DNA from: Candidatus Fermentibacteraceae bacterium
GTDB taxonomy: Bacteria; Fermentibacterota; Fermentibacteria; Fermentibacterales; JCC-6
Length of the DNA: 17,453 bases
NCBI GenBank assembly: GCA_041686025.1
Contig: JAWLEP010000049.1
Span: forward strand, 1 to 17,453
Direction: 5' to 3'
Shown piece after piece: positions 1-8,095 of the stretch; the first letter of the stretch is position 1; each line of letters starts with the position of its first letter. The translations under genes and the position numbers were made by a program. The notes under the pieces are model-generated. The model saw only the letters and a program-made list of their open reading frames with translations. It ran no database searches and had not been told where the DNA came from.

Positions 1-872
1 CCCTTCCAGCCCACCTGCTTGAGGTAGGGGAACTTCAGGTAGGTCCAGGGCTCCACCCGCTCCTCGATGTGGTCGAGGTACTCCGAGGGGTGGAAGCGGG
101 CGAGCTCGGCGCCCTCCTGGTCGGTGACCCGCAGGTGGCCGTCGTAGAAGTCCACCCTGTTGTCCTCGTCCACGGTGCCGATGGAGTAGGTCTGGTGGGA
201 GTAGGCGTCGGACTTGATCATGGAGACGTAGCCCTTGTTGGACAGGACGATGTCGTCGAAGACCTTGAAGCCGAACTTGGCGAACTCCACCGCCTCTCCC
301 GCCATCTCCTCCACCAGCTCGCGGTCCTCCTCGGAGAGGGGCTGGGACATGCCGCCGGGAAGTCCGCAGACCGGGTGGACGGTGCGGCCGCCCAGCATCT
401 TGATGATCTCGTGGCAGTCGTGGCGGGTCTTGATCACCTTCTTGCCCACCTCGACGCCCACCTTCTCGATGAGGCCCAGTATGTTGCGCTGCGCCGGCGG
501 GGCGTCGGGGCCCACCACGAAGTCGGGGCCGGAGAGGATGTAGAAGTGGGTGGTGTGGTCGGCCACGTAGAAGGCGCTGTAGAAGAGCCGGCGGAGCTTT
601 ACTCCGGCCGGGGGCACCTCCACGTGATAGACCGCGTCGGCGGCCTTGGCCGAGGCCATGTGGTGGGCCTCGGGGCAGACGCCGCAGATGCGGGTGGTGA
701 TCCGGGCCAGCTCCTCCACCGGGTGGCCCTCGCAGAACTTCTCGAAGCCCCGCAGCTCGGGGACCTGGAAGTAGACGTTCTCCACCTTGCCGGCGTCGTC
801 GAGGAAGATCTCTATCTTGCCGTGGCCCTCCAGCCTGGTTATGGGGTCGACCGTTATCCTCTTGCTACTCAT
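1..872 (-). CDS. mvhA: [NiFe]-hydrogenase large subunit, group 3c (F420-non-reducing, Hdr-linked); 3' end outside window
   Basis: Not in the ORF track (no stop in window); translated by hand from ATG at 872: MSSKRITVDPITRLEGHGKIEIFLDDAG...ELRGFEKFCEG...TRICGVCPEAHH (L1 Ni-binding motif)...HFYILSGPDFVVG...GGRTVHP...ERVEPWTYLKFPYLKQVGWK. Overlaps the mvhG stop by 8 nt; SD GGAGGAGG upstream. Confidence 0.95.
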   Translation of the reverse strand, partial: MSSKRITVDPITRLEGHGKIEIFLDDAGKVENVYFQVPELRGFEKFCEGHPVEELARITTRICGVCPEAHHMASAKAADAVYHVEVPPAGVKLRRLFYSAFYVADHTTHFYILSGPDFVVGPDAPPAQRNILGLIEKVGVEVGKKVIKTRHDCHEIIKMLGGRTVHPVCGLPGGMSQPLSEEDRELVEEMAGEAVEFAKFGFKVFDDIVLSNKGYVSMIKSDAYSHQTYSIGTVDEDNRVDFYDGHLRVTDQEGAELARFHPSEYLDHIEERVEPWTYLKFPYLKQVGWK

Positions 873-1827
873 CCTCGGTCCTCCTCCGGAGTATCGAGTG
901 GGCCATGCCGAAGCGGTAGAAGGTGCCCAGGGGGAACGGTATCTGCCCCATTATCCTGCGGACCTCCTCGGGATCCTGGGAGTCGATGACCGAGCCCAGG
1001 GCGCTGACGATCTTCGCCCCCTGGTCGATCACCTCCGGCGGCGGGCCGTAGCAGCCCCTGCAGGGCATGCCCACGCTGGGGCACTGGGCGTCGCAGCCCG
1101 AACGGGTGGCTATGCCGGCGCAGAATATCCCCTGCTCCAGCAGGCACTTGTCCGGCTCGGGGTGTATCATGTGGGGCCTGACGAAGCCCGTGATCTTCTT
1201 CTCGTCCTTCTCCAGGGGGCACTCGTCGCAGACGATCTTCTCCCCCGCCCCCACCACGGAGCCCTTCTCGGGGAGGCTGCCGCCCAGGACCATCTCGAAG
1301 AAGGCCCAGGTCTGCTCCTCCACCGGAGGGCAGCCGGGGATGTAGTAGTCCACGTCCACCACCTGGCCCAGGGTCTTCACCGTCTCGTAGAACTCGGGGA
1401 GCTCCAGCTCCCCCTCGGGGACCTCGGTGCTGGTCTGGGGGTAGACCTTGTCGGGGTTGAGGGTGGACTCGGTCTCCTCGTAGGCGCGGTAGAGTATGTC
1501 CCCGCGCCTCTTGGCGTTGGCCAGGCCCGGTATGCAGCCCTCGTGGGCGCAGGAGCCGTAGGCGGCCAGCACCTTGGACTTCTGCCGCAGCAGATTGGCC
1601 ATCTCCTCGTTCTCGGAGGTGCGGATGGCGCCGTTGAAGAGGCAGAGGTCGATGTGGCCGTCGTCCATGGCCCGGACGTCGTCGTACTTGAAGTCCATGG
1701 CCGCCGGCCAGAAGACTATCTCCACCGCCTCGGCCAGCTGGAGTATCCGCTCGCCGATGTTCAGGACGGCTATCTCGCAGCCTCCGCAGCTCGCCGCCCA
1801 GTAGAACGCGACTCTGGGTTTGCTCAT
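865..1827 (-). CDS. mvhG: [NiFe]-hydrogenase small subunit, group 3c (320 aa)
   Basis: SCGGCE, AYGSCAHEGCIPGLAN, YIPGCPP, VCDECP, CLLEQGIFCAG, RSGCDAQCP..MPCRGCYG motifs; directly upstream of mvhA. Confidence 0.95.
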   Translation of the reverse strand: MSKPRVAFYWAASCGGCEIAVLNIGERILQLAEAVEIVFWPAAMDFKYDDVRAMDDGHIDLCLFNGAIRTSENEEMANLLRQKSKVLAAYGSCAHEGCIPGLANAKRRGDILYRAYEETESTLNPDKVYPQTSTEVPEGELELPEFYETVKTLGQVVDVDYYIPGCPPVEEQTWAFFEMVLGGSLPEKGSVVGAGEKIVCDECPLEKDEKKITGFVRPHMIHPEPDKCLLEQGIFCAGIATRSGCDAQCPSVGMPCRGCYGPPPEVIDQGAKIVSALGSVIDSQDPEEVRRIMGQIPFPLGTFYRFGMAHSILRRRTEDE

Positions 1828-1843
1828 ATCCGCATCACCCCGC

Positions 1844-3520
1844 CTACCGTATCGTGCCCTGGTACTCGGTGGTCAGCTGACGCTCCCGCACCTCGGGGTT
1901 GCTGTAGTCCGGCAGCAGCATCGGCGCGATCCGGTCGGTCTCCACGCCCTCCTTGTCCAGCTCCTCGTGGTAGCGGCGGACATGGTCCAGGTTCGGCTTG
2001 CCGGGCTCGCCCCCGGACTCGACGTAGCCGGCCGCCGCCTTCCCGGCGATGCGGCCGAAGACGATGACGTCCAGCAGCGAGTTGCCCATCAGGCGGTTCT
2101 CGCCGTGGACGCCGCCGCTGATCTCCCCGGATGCGAACAGGCCCGGCACCACGGTCTCGCAGTTGCTGTTGATGTCCAGGCCGCCGTTCTGGTAGTGGAG
2201 GGTGGGGTGGATCAGCATGGGCTCCTTTGCGATGTCGATTCCGTAGCGGCGGAACAGTATGTGCTTGCCCGGGAACTCCTTCTCCACCGTGCCCTCGCCC
2301 TTCAGCAGGTCGATCATGGGCGAGTCCAGCCAGACGCCGTACTTGCCGGTGGGAGTGGGTACGCCGTTGCCCCGGGCCTCGGAGCACTCCCGGATGATGC
2401 AGGCCGCCTCTACGTCCCGGGGCTCGCGCTCGTATACGAACTGCTCGCCGTGAACGTTGAGGACGTTGGCTCCGGCGCCGCGGAACTTCTCGGTTATCAG
2501 TATTCCCTCCGCCTGCTCGGGGAAGACCACCCCGGTGGGGTGGTACTGCACCGTGTGCAGGAAGGAGATGGGGACGCCGGCCCTGTAGCCCAGGACTATG
2601 CCGTCGGCTGTGGCCCCGTAGTGGTTGGTGGTCATGAAGCCCTGTATGTGCAGCCGTCCGCAGCCGCCGGTGGCCATGATCACCGCCTTGGCTTTGGCGT
2701 ACCGGTACTCCTTGGTCTCCAGGTTGTAGAGGATGGCTCCGCAGCAGCGGCCCTTCCCGTCCAGCACCAGCTCCACCGCCGGGCTGAACTCGATCACCTC
2801 GATCTCGTCTGCGTGGGAGCGGGCCTCGTCGCGGATGGTGCGCATTATCTCCGCACCGGTGATGTCGGCGGCGTAGTGCATGCGCTTGCGGCTGGTGCCT
2901 CCGCCGTGCATGGTCTTCAGCCTGCCGCCCTCCCCCTTGGAGAAGCTGGTGCCCAGGTTCTCCAGCCACTGCAGCGCCTCCGGGGCGTTGGTCACCAGGG
3001 TCTTCACCAGATCGGGGACGTTCTTGAAGTGGCCGCCTCCCAGCACGTCCAGGTAGTGGTAGTAGGGCGAGTCCTTCCAGGCCTTGGAGGAGGCCTGGAT
3101 GCCGCCCTCGGCCATCATGGTGTTGGCGTCGCCGTGGCGCAGCTTGGTGATCATGGTCACCTTGGCGCCGTTCTCAGCGGCCAGCAGGGAGGCCGCCGTC
3201 CCGGCCCCTCCCCCGCCGATCACCAGCACGTCGGTCTCGATGTCCGGCTCGGAGAGGTCGATGAGGTCGGGGTCCACCCGGCTGCGGGCCTCCAGCATGT
3301 CCACTATCTCGTTGGATATGGAGTAGCCCTTGTTGGGCCCCACGCCTATCTCCCTGCGGGTGCCCTCCCGGTAGTCGGGATGGAACTCCCGCAGCAGGGA
3401 GTCGCGGTCGTCCACGTCGATGGAGGGGAACTCCCAGCCGCTCTTCTTCTTCTCCACCCTCTCGGGCCTGGTCTCCTCCACCTTCTTTATCAGGTTCTTC
3501 AGGCTCTCCGGATAGGGCAT
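1844..3520 (-). CDS. SdhA/FrdA/NadB-family FAD-dependent oxidoreductase, flavoprotein subunit (paralog 1, 558 aa)
   Basis: DVLVIGGGGAG FAD motif, AEGG, ATGG, QYHPTG, LITE.FRG, EPRDV, PTLHYQNGG, GVHGENRLMGNSL. Lacks the covalent-FAD His and the usual long C-terminal domain. Confidence 0.92.
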   Translation of the reverse strand: MPYPESLKNLIKKVEETRPERVEKKKSGWEFPSIDVDDRDSLLREFHPDYREGTRREIGVGPNKGYSISNEIVDMLEARSRVDPDLIDLSEPDIETDVLVIGGGGAGTAASLLAAENGAKVTMITKLRHGDANTMMAEGGIQASSKAWKDSPYYHYLDVLGGGHFKNVPDLVKTLVTNAPEALQWLENLGTSFSKGEGGRLKTMHGGGTSRKRMHYAADITGAEIMRTIRDEARSHADEIEVIEFSPAVELVLDGKGRCCGAILYNLETKEYRYAKAKAVIMATGGCGRLHIQGFMTTNHYGATADGIVLGYRAGVPISFLHTVQYHPTGVVFPEQAEGILITEKFRGAGANVLNVHGEQFVYEREPRDVEAACIIRECSEARGNGVPTPTGKYGVWLDSPMIDLLKGEGTVEKEFPGKHILFRRYGIDIAKEPMLIHPTLHYQNGGLDINSNCETVVPGLFASGEISGGVHGENRLMGNSLLDVIVFGRIAGKAAAGYVESGGEPGKPNLDHVRRYHEELDKEGVETDRIAPMLLPDYSNPEVRERQLTTEYQGTIR

Positions 3521-4305
3521 TACTTACCTCCAGACCTGGCGGCCTCTTCGGGGTCCAGCACGTAGGTCGTGTCCTCGGGTGTCCAGTCGTCCTCGGCGTT
3601 GTCCGGCTCGGACTCGCGGTCCTTGTAGAGCTGTATCAGCTCCTTCTCCTCCATCTCCATGAGCTCGGCGAGGCCCTCCTCCCAGCGGCCGTCCTCTATG
3701 GCCGCAACCGCGGCCCTCAGGTGCTTGGACCTGGCTACGCCGTGGGCGGCGTGCAGCCGCCGGCAGAGGGTGGCCACGTGGTACTGGGCCTCCTCGGCCG
3801 GGCAGCGGGAGGCGCAGAGGCCGCAGCTGATGCAGTCGAAGGAGGTCTCCGCCACTCCGGCAATGTCCCCCCGGATGGCCTGGGCCATGTACTGCATCAC
3901 GTCGATGTCCATGGGGCAGCTCTGGGTGCAGGCGTTGCAGCCGATGCACTTGAATATCTCCGGGTAGAGCTCGGCCACCTCCTGCCCCGTGCCCTTCATC
4001 TCCGTGATGTCGTAGGAGGGCCGGTTGGCGGGGAAGAAGGGCAGCATGGTCAGGTACATGTCCGGCACCACCACGGTCTGGCAGGCCAGACCCACCTCGA
4101 TGCGGTAGCTTCCCGGGGTCCTGAAGACGGTGCCGCAGGCTCCGCAGACGCCGCCCCGGCAGCCGCAGCCGCGGATCAGCTGGTAGCCCGCGTACTCCAG
4201 GGCCTTCTGCACCGTGAGGCTGGCGGGCACCTCGAACCGCTCGCCCATCACGTAGATGGGCACCAACTCCTCTTCCATCGTCTGGGTATTCGTCTTCTCA
4301 GCCAT
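3520..4305 (-). CDS. SdhB/FrdB-like iron-sulfur protein ([2Fe-2S] + 2x[4Fe-4S]) (paralog 1, 261 aa)
   Basis: CRGGVCGAC...LACQT [2Fe-2S] motif; CIGCNACTQSCP and CISCGLCASRCP; TAATG stop/start overlap with the flavoprotein gene. Confidence 0.9.
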   Translation of the reverse strand: MAEKTNTQTMEEELVPIYVMGERFEVPASLTVQKALEYAGYQLIRGCGCRGGVCGACGTVFRTPGSYRIEVGLACQTVVVPDMYLTMLPFFPANRPSYDITEMKGTGQEVAELYPEIFKCIGCNACTQSCPMDIDVMQYMAQAIRGDIAGVAETSFDCISCGLCASRCPAEEAQYHVATLCRRLHAAHGVARSKHLRAAVAAIEDGRWEEGLAELMEMEEKELIQLYKDRESEPDNAEDDWTPEDTTYVLDPEEAARSGGK

Positions 4306-4720
4306 TGATCATCTCCCTCGCAGCCAGTCTCAGCGGGCCCATCTGGCGGAGCTGTTCGGTGAACTCGTCCATGACGGCGGCGAACTTCCTGCCCTCGGCG
4401 GCGGATATCCACTCCAGCCGCAGCCTCCGCTGGTCTACTCCGAAATCCTCCAGCAGGCGGTGCAGCAGGGCGGTGCGGGCCTGGGTGCGGTAGTTGCCGT
4501 CCTGGTAGTGGCAGTCGCCGGGATGGCAGCCGCCTATGAGAACGCCGTCGGCCCCCTCCCGGAAGGCCCAGAGCACGTGCTCGGGGTCCACCCGGCTGGA
4601 GCACATGAAGCGGATGTTGACGCCGCTGGGGGTGTACTGCAGGCGGGAGGTGCCCGCCAGGTCCGCCCCGGCGCTGGTGCACCACTTGCACAGAAAGCAG
4701 ACTATCCTAGGCTCGTACAT
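4298..4720 (-). CDS. mvhD: MvhD/FlpD [2Fe-2S] adaptor subunit (140 aa)
   Basis: IVCFLCKWC..AGADLAG.SRLQY, RFMCSSRV, GADGVLIGGCHPGDCHY.DGN, RLRLEWISAAEG; SD GGGGAGG just upstream. Confidence 0.96.
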   Translation of the reverse strand: MYEPRIVCFLCKWCTSAGADLAGTSRLQYTPSGVNIRFMCSSRVDPEHVLWAFREGADGVLIGGCHPGDCHYQDGNYRTQARTALLHRLLEDFGVDQRRLRLEWISAAEGRKFAAVMDEFTEQLRQMGPLRLAAREMING

Positions 4721-6682
4721 CTAGGCCTCCCCCAGGGTTGCGCTTATCATCTCGATCACCTGTCTGTCGGTGAGGTTGTGCTGCTGCGTGGCCCCGCAGC
4801 CGCAGGCGGCCACGCAGGCGCCGCAGCCCTCGCAGAGGGCCTCGTTGACGGTGGCGACCTCCTCCTCCTCGTCGAACTCCCGGGCGTCGTAGGGGCAGAC
4901 GGATATGCAGATCCTGCAGCCGCCGCACTCGTCCTCGTTCACCACGGCGATCATGGGGTCCTGCTCCATCTCCTCACGGCTGAACAGCGCCGCCACCTTC
5001 CCCGCTGCGGCGCCGGCCTGGGCCACAGTCTCGGGAATGTCCTTGGGGCCCTGGCCGCATCCGGCCAGGAAGAAGCCGGCGCTTATGGACTCCACCGGCC
5101 GGAGCTTGGGGTGCGCCTCGGTGGCGAAACCGTTGGGCCCCAGCTGTATCTTCAGCCTGGCCGCCAGCTCCGCAACCCCCGGACTGGGGGCTACTGCTGT
5201 GGCCAGGACCACCAGGTCGGCGGCTATCTCCACGTTGCGGCCGGTGAGGACGTCTGTGCCCCAGACCACGGTCCTGTCGCCCTCGCGGAAGATCTTGGCC
5301 ACCTTGCCCTTGAGGTAGACGATGCCCTCCTCCTCCTCGGCGCGGTGGTAGAACTCCTCGTATCCCTTTCCGCCGGTGCGGACGTCTATGTAGAAGACGT
5401 AGGGCTGGCCGTCGTGCACCCGGTGCTTGTAGAGCATGGCGTGCTTGGCCGTGTACATGCAGCAGATCTTCGAGCAGTAGGGCTGGTAGCGCTCCGGGTC
5501 GCGGGACCCGGCGCACTGCACGAAGACCACCTCCTTCGGCACCTTCCCGTCGGAGGGCCTGCGCACCTCCCCGCCGGTGGGTCCGGAGGCGGAGAGCAGC
5601 CGCTCGAAGGCCAGGCCGTCGATGACGTCGGGCACCTTGCCGCCGCCGTACTCGCGAATCTCCGTGACCGGCAGGGTCTCGTAGCCGGTGGCCACCACTA
5701 CCGCGCCCACCTCCTCCTCCAGCAGCTCGTCTTCCTGGTCGAAGCGGATGGCGTTTATCTCACAGGTCTTCTCGCAGACCCTGCACTTGCCGGTGGCGTA
5801 GTAGATGCAGGCGTCGCGGTCTATCACCGGCTTGTTGGGTACCGCCTGGGGAAAGGGGACGTAGATGGCCCCCCTCTGGTCCAGGCCCCGGTTGAACTCG
5901 TCGGGGGCCTTTGCCGGGCACTTCTCCATGCAATCCCCGCATCCGGTGCATATCGACCAGTCCACGCTGGGGGCCTTGCGGCGGATGCGGACGTTGAAGT
6001 TGCCCACGTACCCGGATATCTCGTCTATCTCCGAGTAGGTCATCAGCCGGACGTTGGGGTGCTTGCTCACCTCCACCATCTTGGGCGTCAGTATGCACTG
6101 CGAGCAGTCCAGCGTGGGGAAGGTCTCGGAGAGCTGGGCCATGTGGCCGCCTATGGAGGGATCGCGCTCCACCAGCACCACCTCGTAGCCGGCGTTGGCT
6201 ATGTCCAGGGCGGCCTGTATGCCTGCCACCCCTCCGCCCACCACCAGGGCCCGCCTGGTTATGGGCACCTTCACCGGCTCCAGCGACTCGTTGAGGTAGG
6301 TCTTGGCCACCATGGAGCGGATGATCCGCACCGCCTTGTCCGTGGCCTTCTCCCGATCCTTGTGCACCCAGCTGCACTGCTCGCGGATGTTGGCTATCTC
6401 GCACTGCCAGGCGTTCAGCCCGGCCTCCGCGGAGGCGGTCCGGAAGGTGAGCTCGTGCAGCGAGGGGGAGCAGGCGGCCACCACCACGGCGTCCAGTCCC
6501 TCCTCCTCTATCTTCTGCTGCACCAGCTGCTGGCCCGGATCGGAGCACATGTAGATGTAGTCGGTGGCGAACGCCACCCGGGGGTCCTCCCGCAGGCGCT
6601 CCACCACCGCCTCCACGTCCACGGTATCGGCGATGTTGATGCCGCAGTGGCAGACGAAGACTCCCACCTTCTTGTCGGCCAT
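4721..6682 (-). CDS. hdrA: Heterodisulfide reductase subunit A (electron-bifurcating flavoprotein), 653 aa
   Basis: VGVFVCHCGINIA, YMCS, AACSP, NIREQCSW, LVVGGGVAG, TFPTLDCSQC, inserted 2x[4Fe-4S] domain, QCAGSRD, YCSKICCMYTAK, KGYEEFY, EAHPKLRP, GPKDIP, C-terminal 2x CxxCxxCxxxC. Confidence 0.97.
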   Translation of the reverse strand: MADKKVGVFVCHCGINIADTVDVEAVVERLREDPRVAFATDYIYMCSDPGQQLVQQKIEEEGLDAVVVAACSPSLHELTFRTASAEAGLNAWQCEIANIREQCSWVHKDREKATDKAVRIIRSMVAKTYLNESLEPVKVPITRRALVVGGGVAGIQAALDIANAGYEVVLVERDPSIGGHMAQLSETFPTLDCSQCILTPKMVEVSKHPNVRLMTYSEIDEISGYVGNFNVRIRRKAPSVDWSICTGCGDCMEKCPAKAPDEFNRGLDQRGAIYVPFPQAVPNKPVIDRDACIYYATGKCRVCEKTCEINAIRFDQEDELLEEEVGAVVVATGYETLPVTEIREYGGGKVPDVIDGLAFERLLSASGPTGGEVRRPSDGKVPKEVVFVQCAGSRDPERYQPYCSKICCMYTAKHAMLYKHRVHDGQPYVFYIDVRTGGKGYEEFYHRAEEEEGIVYLKGKVAKIFREGDRTVVWGTDVLTGRNVEIAADLVVLATAVAPSPGVAELAARLKIQLGPNGFATEAHPKLRPVESISAGFFLAGCGQGPKDIPETVAQAGAAAGKVAALFSREEMEQDPMIAVVNEDECGGCRICISVCPYDAREFDEEEEVATVNEALCEGCGACVAACGCGATQQHNLTDRQVIEMISATLGEA

Positions 6683-7620
6683 CAGAGATCACCCCCCGCC
6701 GCGGCCCCGGCAACCTTCTCCAGGAATGGCGTGGGGTCCACGTGGTGCTTGTCGGTGGCGATGGTCTCCGGGCCCACCCCCAGGGCCAGGGCCAGCATCT
6801 CGGTGAAGTAGATAACGGGTATGCTCTTGGCCCCCGGGTAGCGGGCGGCTATGTCCTCCTGCCGGGAGTCCAGGTTGTAGTAGCAGAGGGGGCAGCTCAC
6901 CACGAAGGCCTCGGCCCCGTGGTCCATGGCCGACTCGATTATGTTGTGGCACAGCCTGGTGGAGGACTCGGGGAAGGACACGGAGAGGTAGGAGCCGCAG
7001 CAGACGGTTCTGTAGGGGTAGTCCACCGGCGTGCCGCCCATGGCGGTCACCAGGTCCTCCATGATGCTGGGGTCCTCCATGTCGTCCAGGCCCATCTCCT
7101 CCTCGGGTCGGAGCATCACGCAGCCGTAGTAGGGCGCGATGCTCATTCCCCCGAGGCTCACCTTCACCGCCTCGGCTATCCTGTCGTAGCCCACTACGTC
7201 GCGCAGGTACTCCATCAGGTGCATCACCCGCACGCCGCCCTCGTATGGCGTGTACTCCCCGGGGTCGGGCAGGTAGGCGCGCCTGGGCTCGTTCTCCGCC
7301 AGGAAGGCGTTGACCCTGGTCCTGTCCAGCTCGTTGCTGCGGATTCGGTAGTTGGCCCGCTTCAGGGAGTTGTAGCAGAAGTCGCATATGGTGACCAGGC
7401 GGTCGTCCCCCGCCTCCTGCACGTCCCGCAGGATGCGGATGGGGGCCACCAGGTTCATTATCCTCTCCTCGGATGGAGGGGGCACCGCCCCGCAGCACGT
7501 CCACTCCGGAACCTCCTCCAGCGCGAAGCCCAGCTTCTCCGCCGCGGCCAGCGCCGACGTCTCCAGGTGGGAGGAGCGGTCCTTCAGGGCGCACCCGGGG
7601 TAGTAGGGCACTCTGTTCAT
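6682..7620 (-). CDS. hdrB: Heterodisulfide reductase subunit B (two CCG domains), 312 aa
   Basis: YYPGC...WTCCG...CDFC and YYGC..LRP...VCCG...CPLC..NLD; IPVIYFTEMLALALG; TGATG coupling to hdrA. Confidence 0.95.
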   Translation of the reverse strand: MNRVPYYPGCALKDRSSHLETSALAAAEKLGFALEEVPEWTCCGAVPPPSEERIMNLVAPIRILRDVQEAGDDRLVTICDFCYNSLKRANYRIRSNELDRTRVNAFLAENEPRRAYLPDPGEYTPYEGGVRVMHLMEYLRDVVGYDRIAEAVKVSLGGMSIAPYYGCVMLRPEEEMGLDDMEDPSIMEDLVTAMGGTPVDYPYRTVCCGSYLSVSFPESSTRLCHNIIESAMDHGAEAFVVSCPLCYYNLDSRQEDIAARYPGAKSIPVIYFTEMLALALGVGPETIATDKHHVDPTPFLEKVAGAAAGGDL

Positions 7621-7657
7621 GATTCCTCCTGACGCTCGGCTGGTGCGCTCGGCCCGC

Positions 7658-8095
7658 TCATGTGGACAGCTTCCGGTAGGCGGAGACTATTCCGGGCTGG
7701 GGCACCTCCGCCGACTTCTCCGGGTCGATGCTGTCGGGGCCGAAGTGGTCCTCGCCCTCTGCCAGGGCCATCTGCCGGAGGACGTCCATCACCTTCTGGA
7801 TGTCGATCCCCCGCGGGCACCGGACGCTGCACTGCAGGCAGCTGGCGCATATCCAGATGGTCCTGCACCTGATGAGGGTATCCTTCTGGCCCAGCTGCGC
7901 CAGGTGCATCACGGTGCTGGGCAACAGGTCCATCTCCTCGGCCAGGGGGCATCCCGACGAGCAGTTTCCGCACTGGTAGCAGGCGAAGAGGTGCTCGCCG
8001 CTCAGCTCATCCAGCCTCCTGCCGAACTCCCCCCGGACGGTCTGCCTGTCCAGACGGATCCGGGGGCTCGTGTTCGGGCTGGTCTTCCCGGGCAT
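7658..8095 (-). CDS. hdrC: Heterodisulfide reductase subunit C (2x[4Fe-4S]), 145 aa
   Basis: CYQCGNCSSGCP and IWICASCLQCSVRCPRGID; strong SD GGAGAGGAGG before ATG 8095. Confidence 0.93.
   Translation of the reverse strand: MPGKTSPNTSPRIRLDRQTVRGEFGRRLDELSGEHLFACYQCGNCSSGCPLAEEMDLLPSTVMHLAQLGQKDTLIRCRTIWICASCLQCSVRCPRGIDIQKVMDVLRQMALAEGEDHFGPDSIDPEKSAEVPQPGIVSAYRKLST

Noticed and set aside
1844..3520. Annotation as nadB or canonical sdhA
   Set aside because: No EGGHS (NadB), no nadA/nadC context; no covalent His, RxESRG motif or membrane anchor (Sdh).
4256..6811. 851 aa + strand ORF (also 69..989, 787..2067, 1820..3565, 6742..7632)
   Set aside because: Antisense shadows of well-supported minus-strand genes; very high GC3 suppresses stops on the opposite strand; no recognisable motifs.
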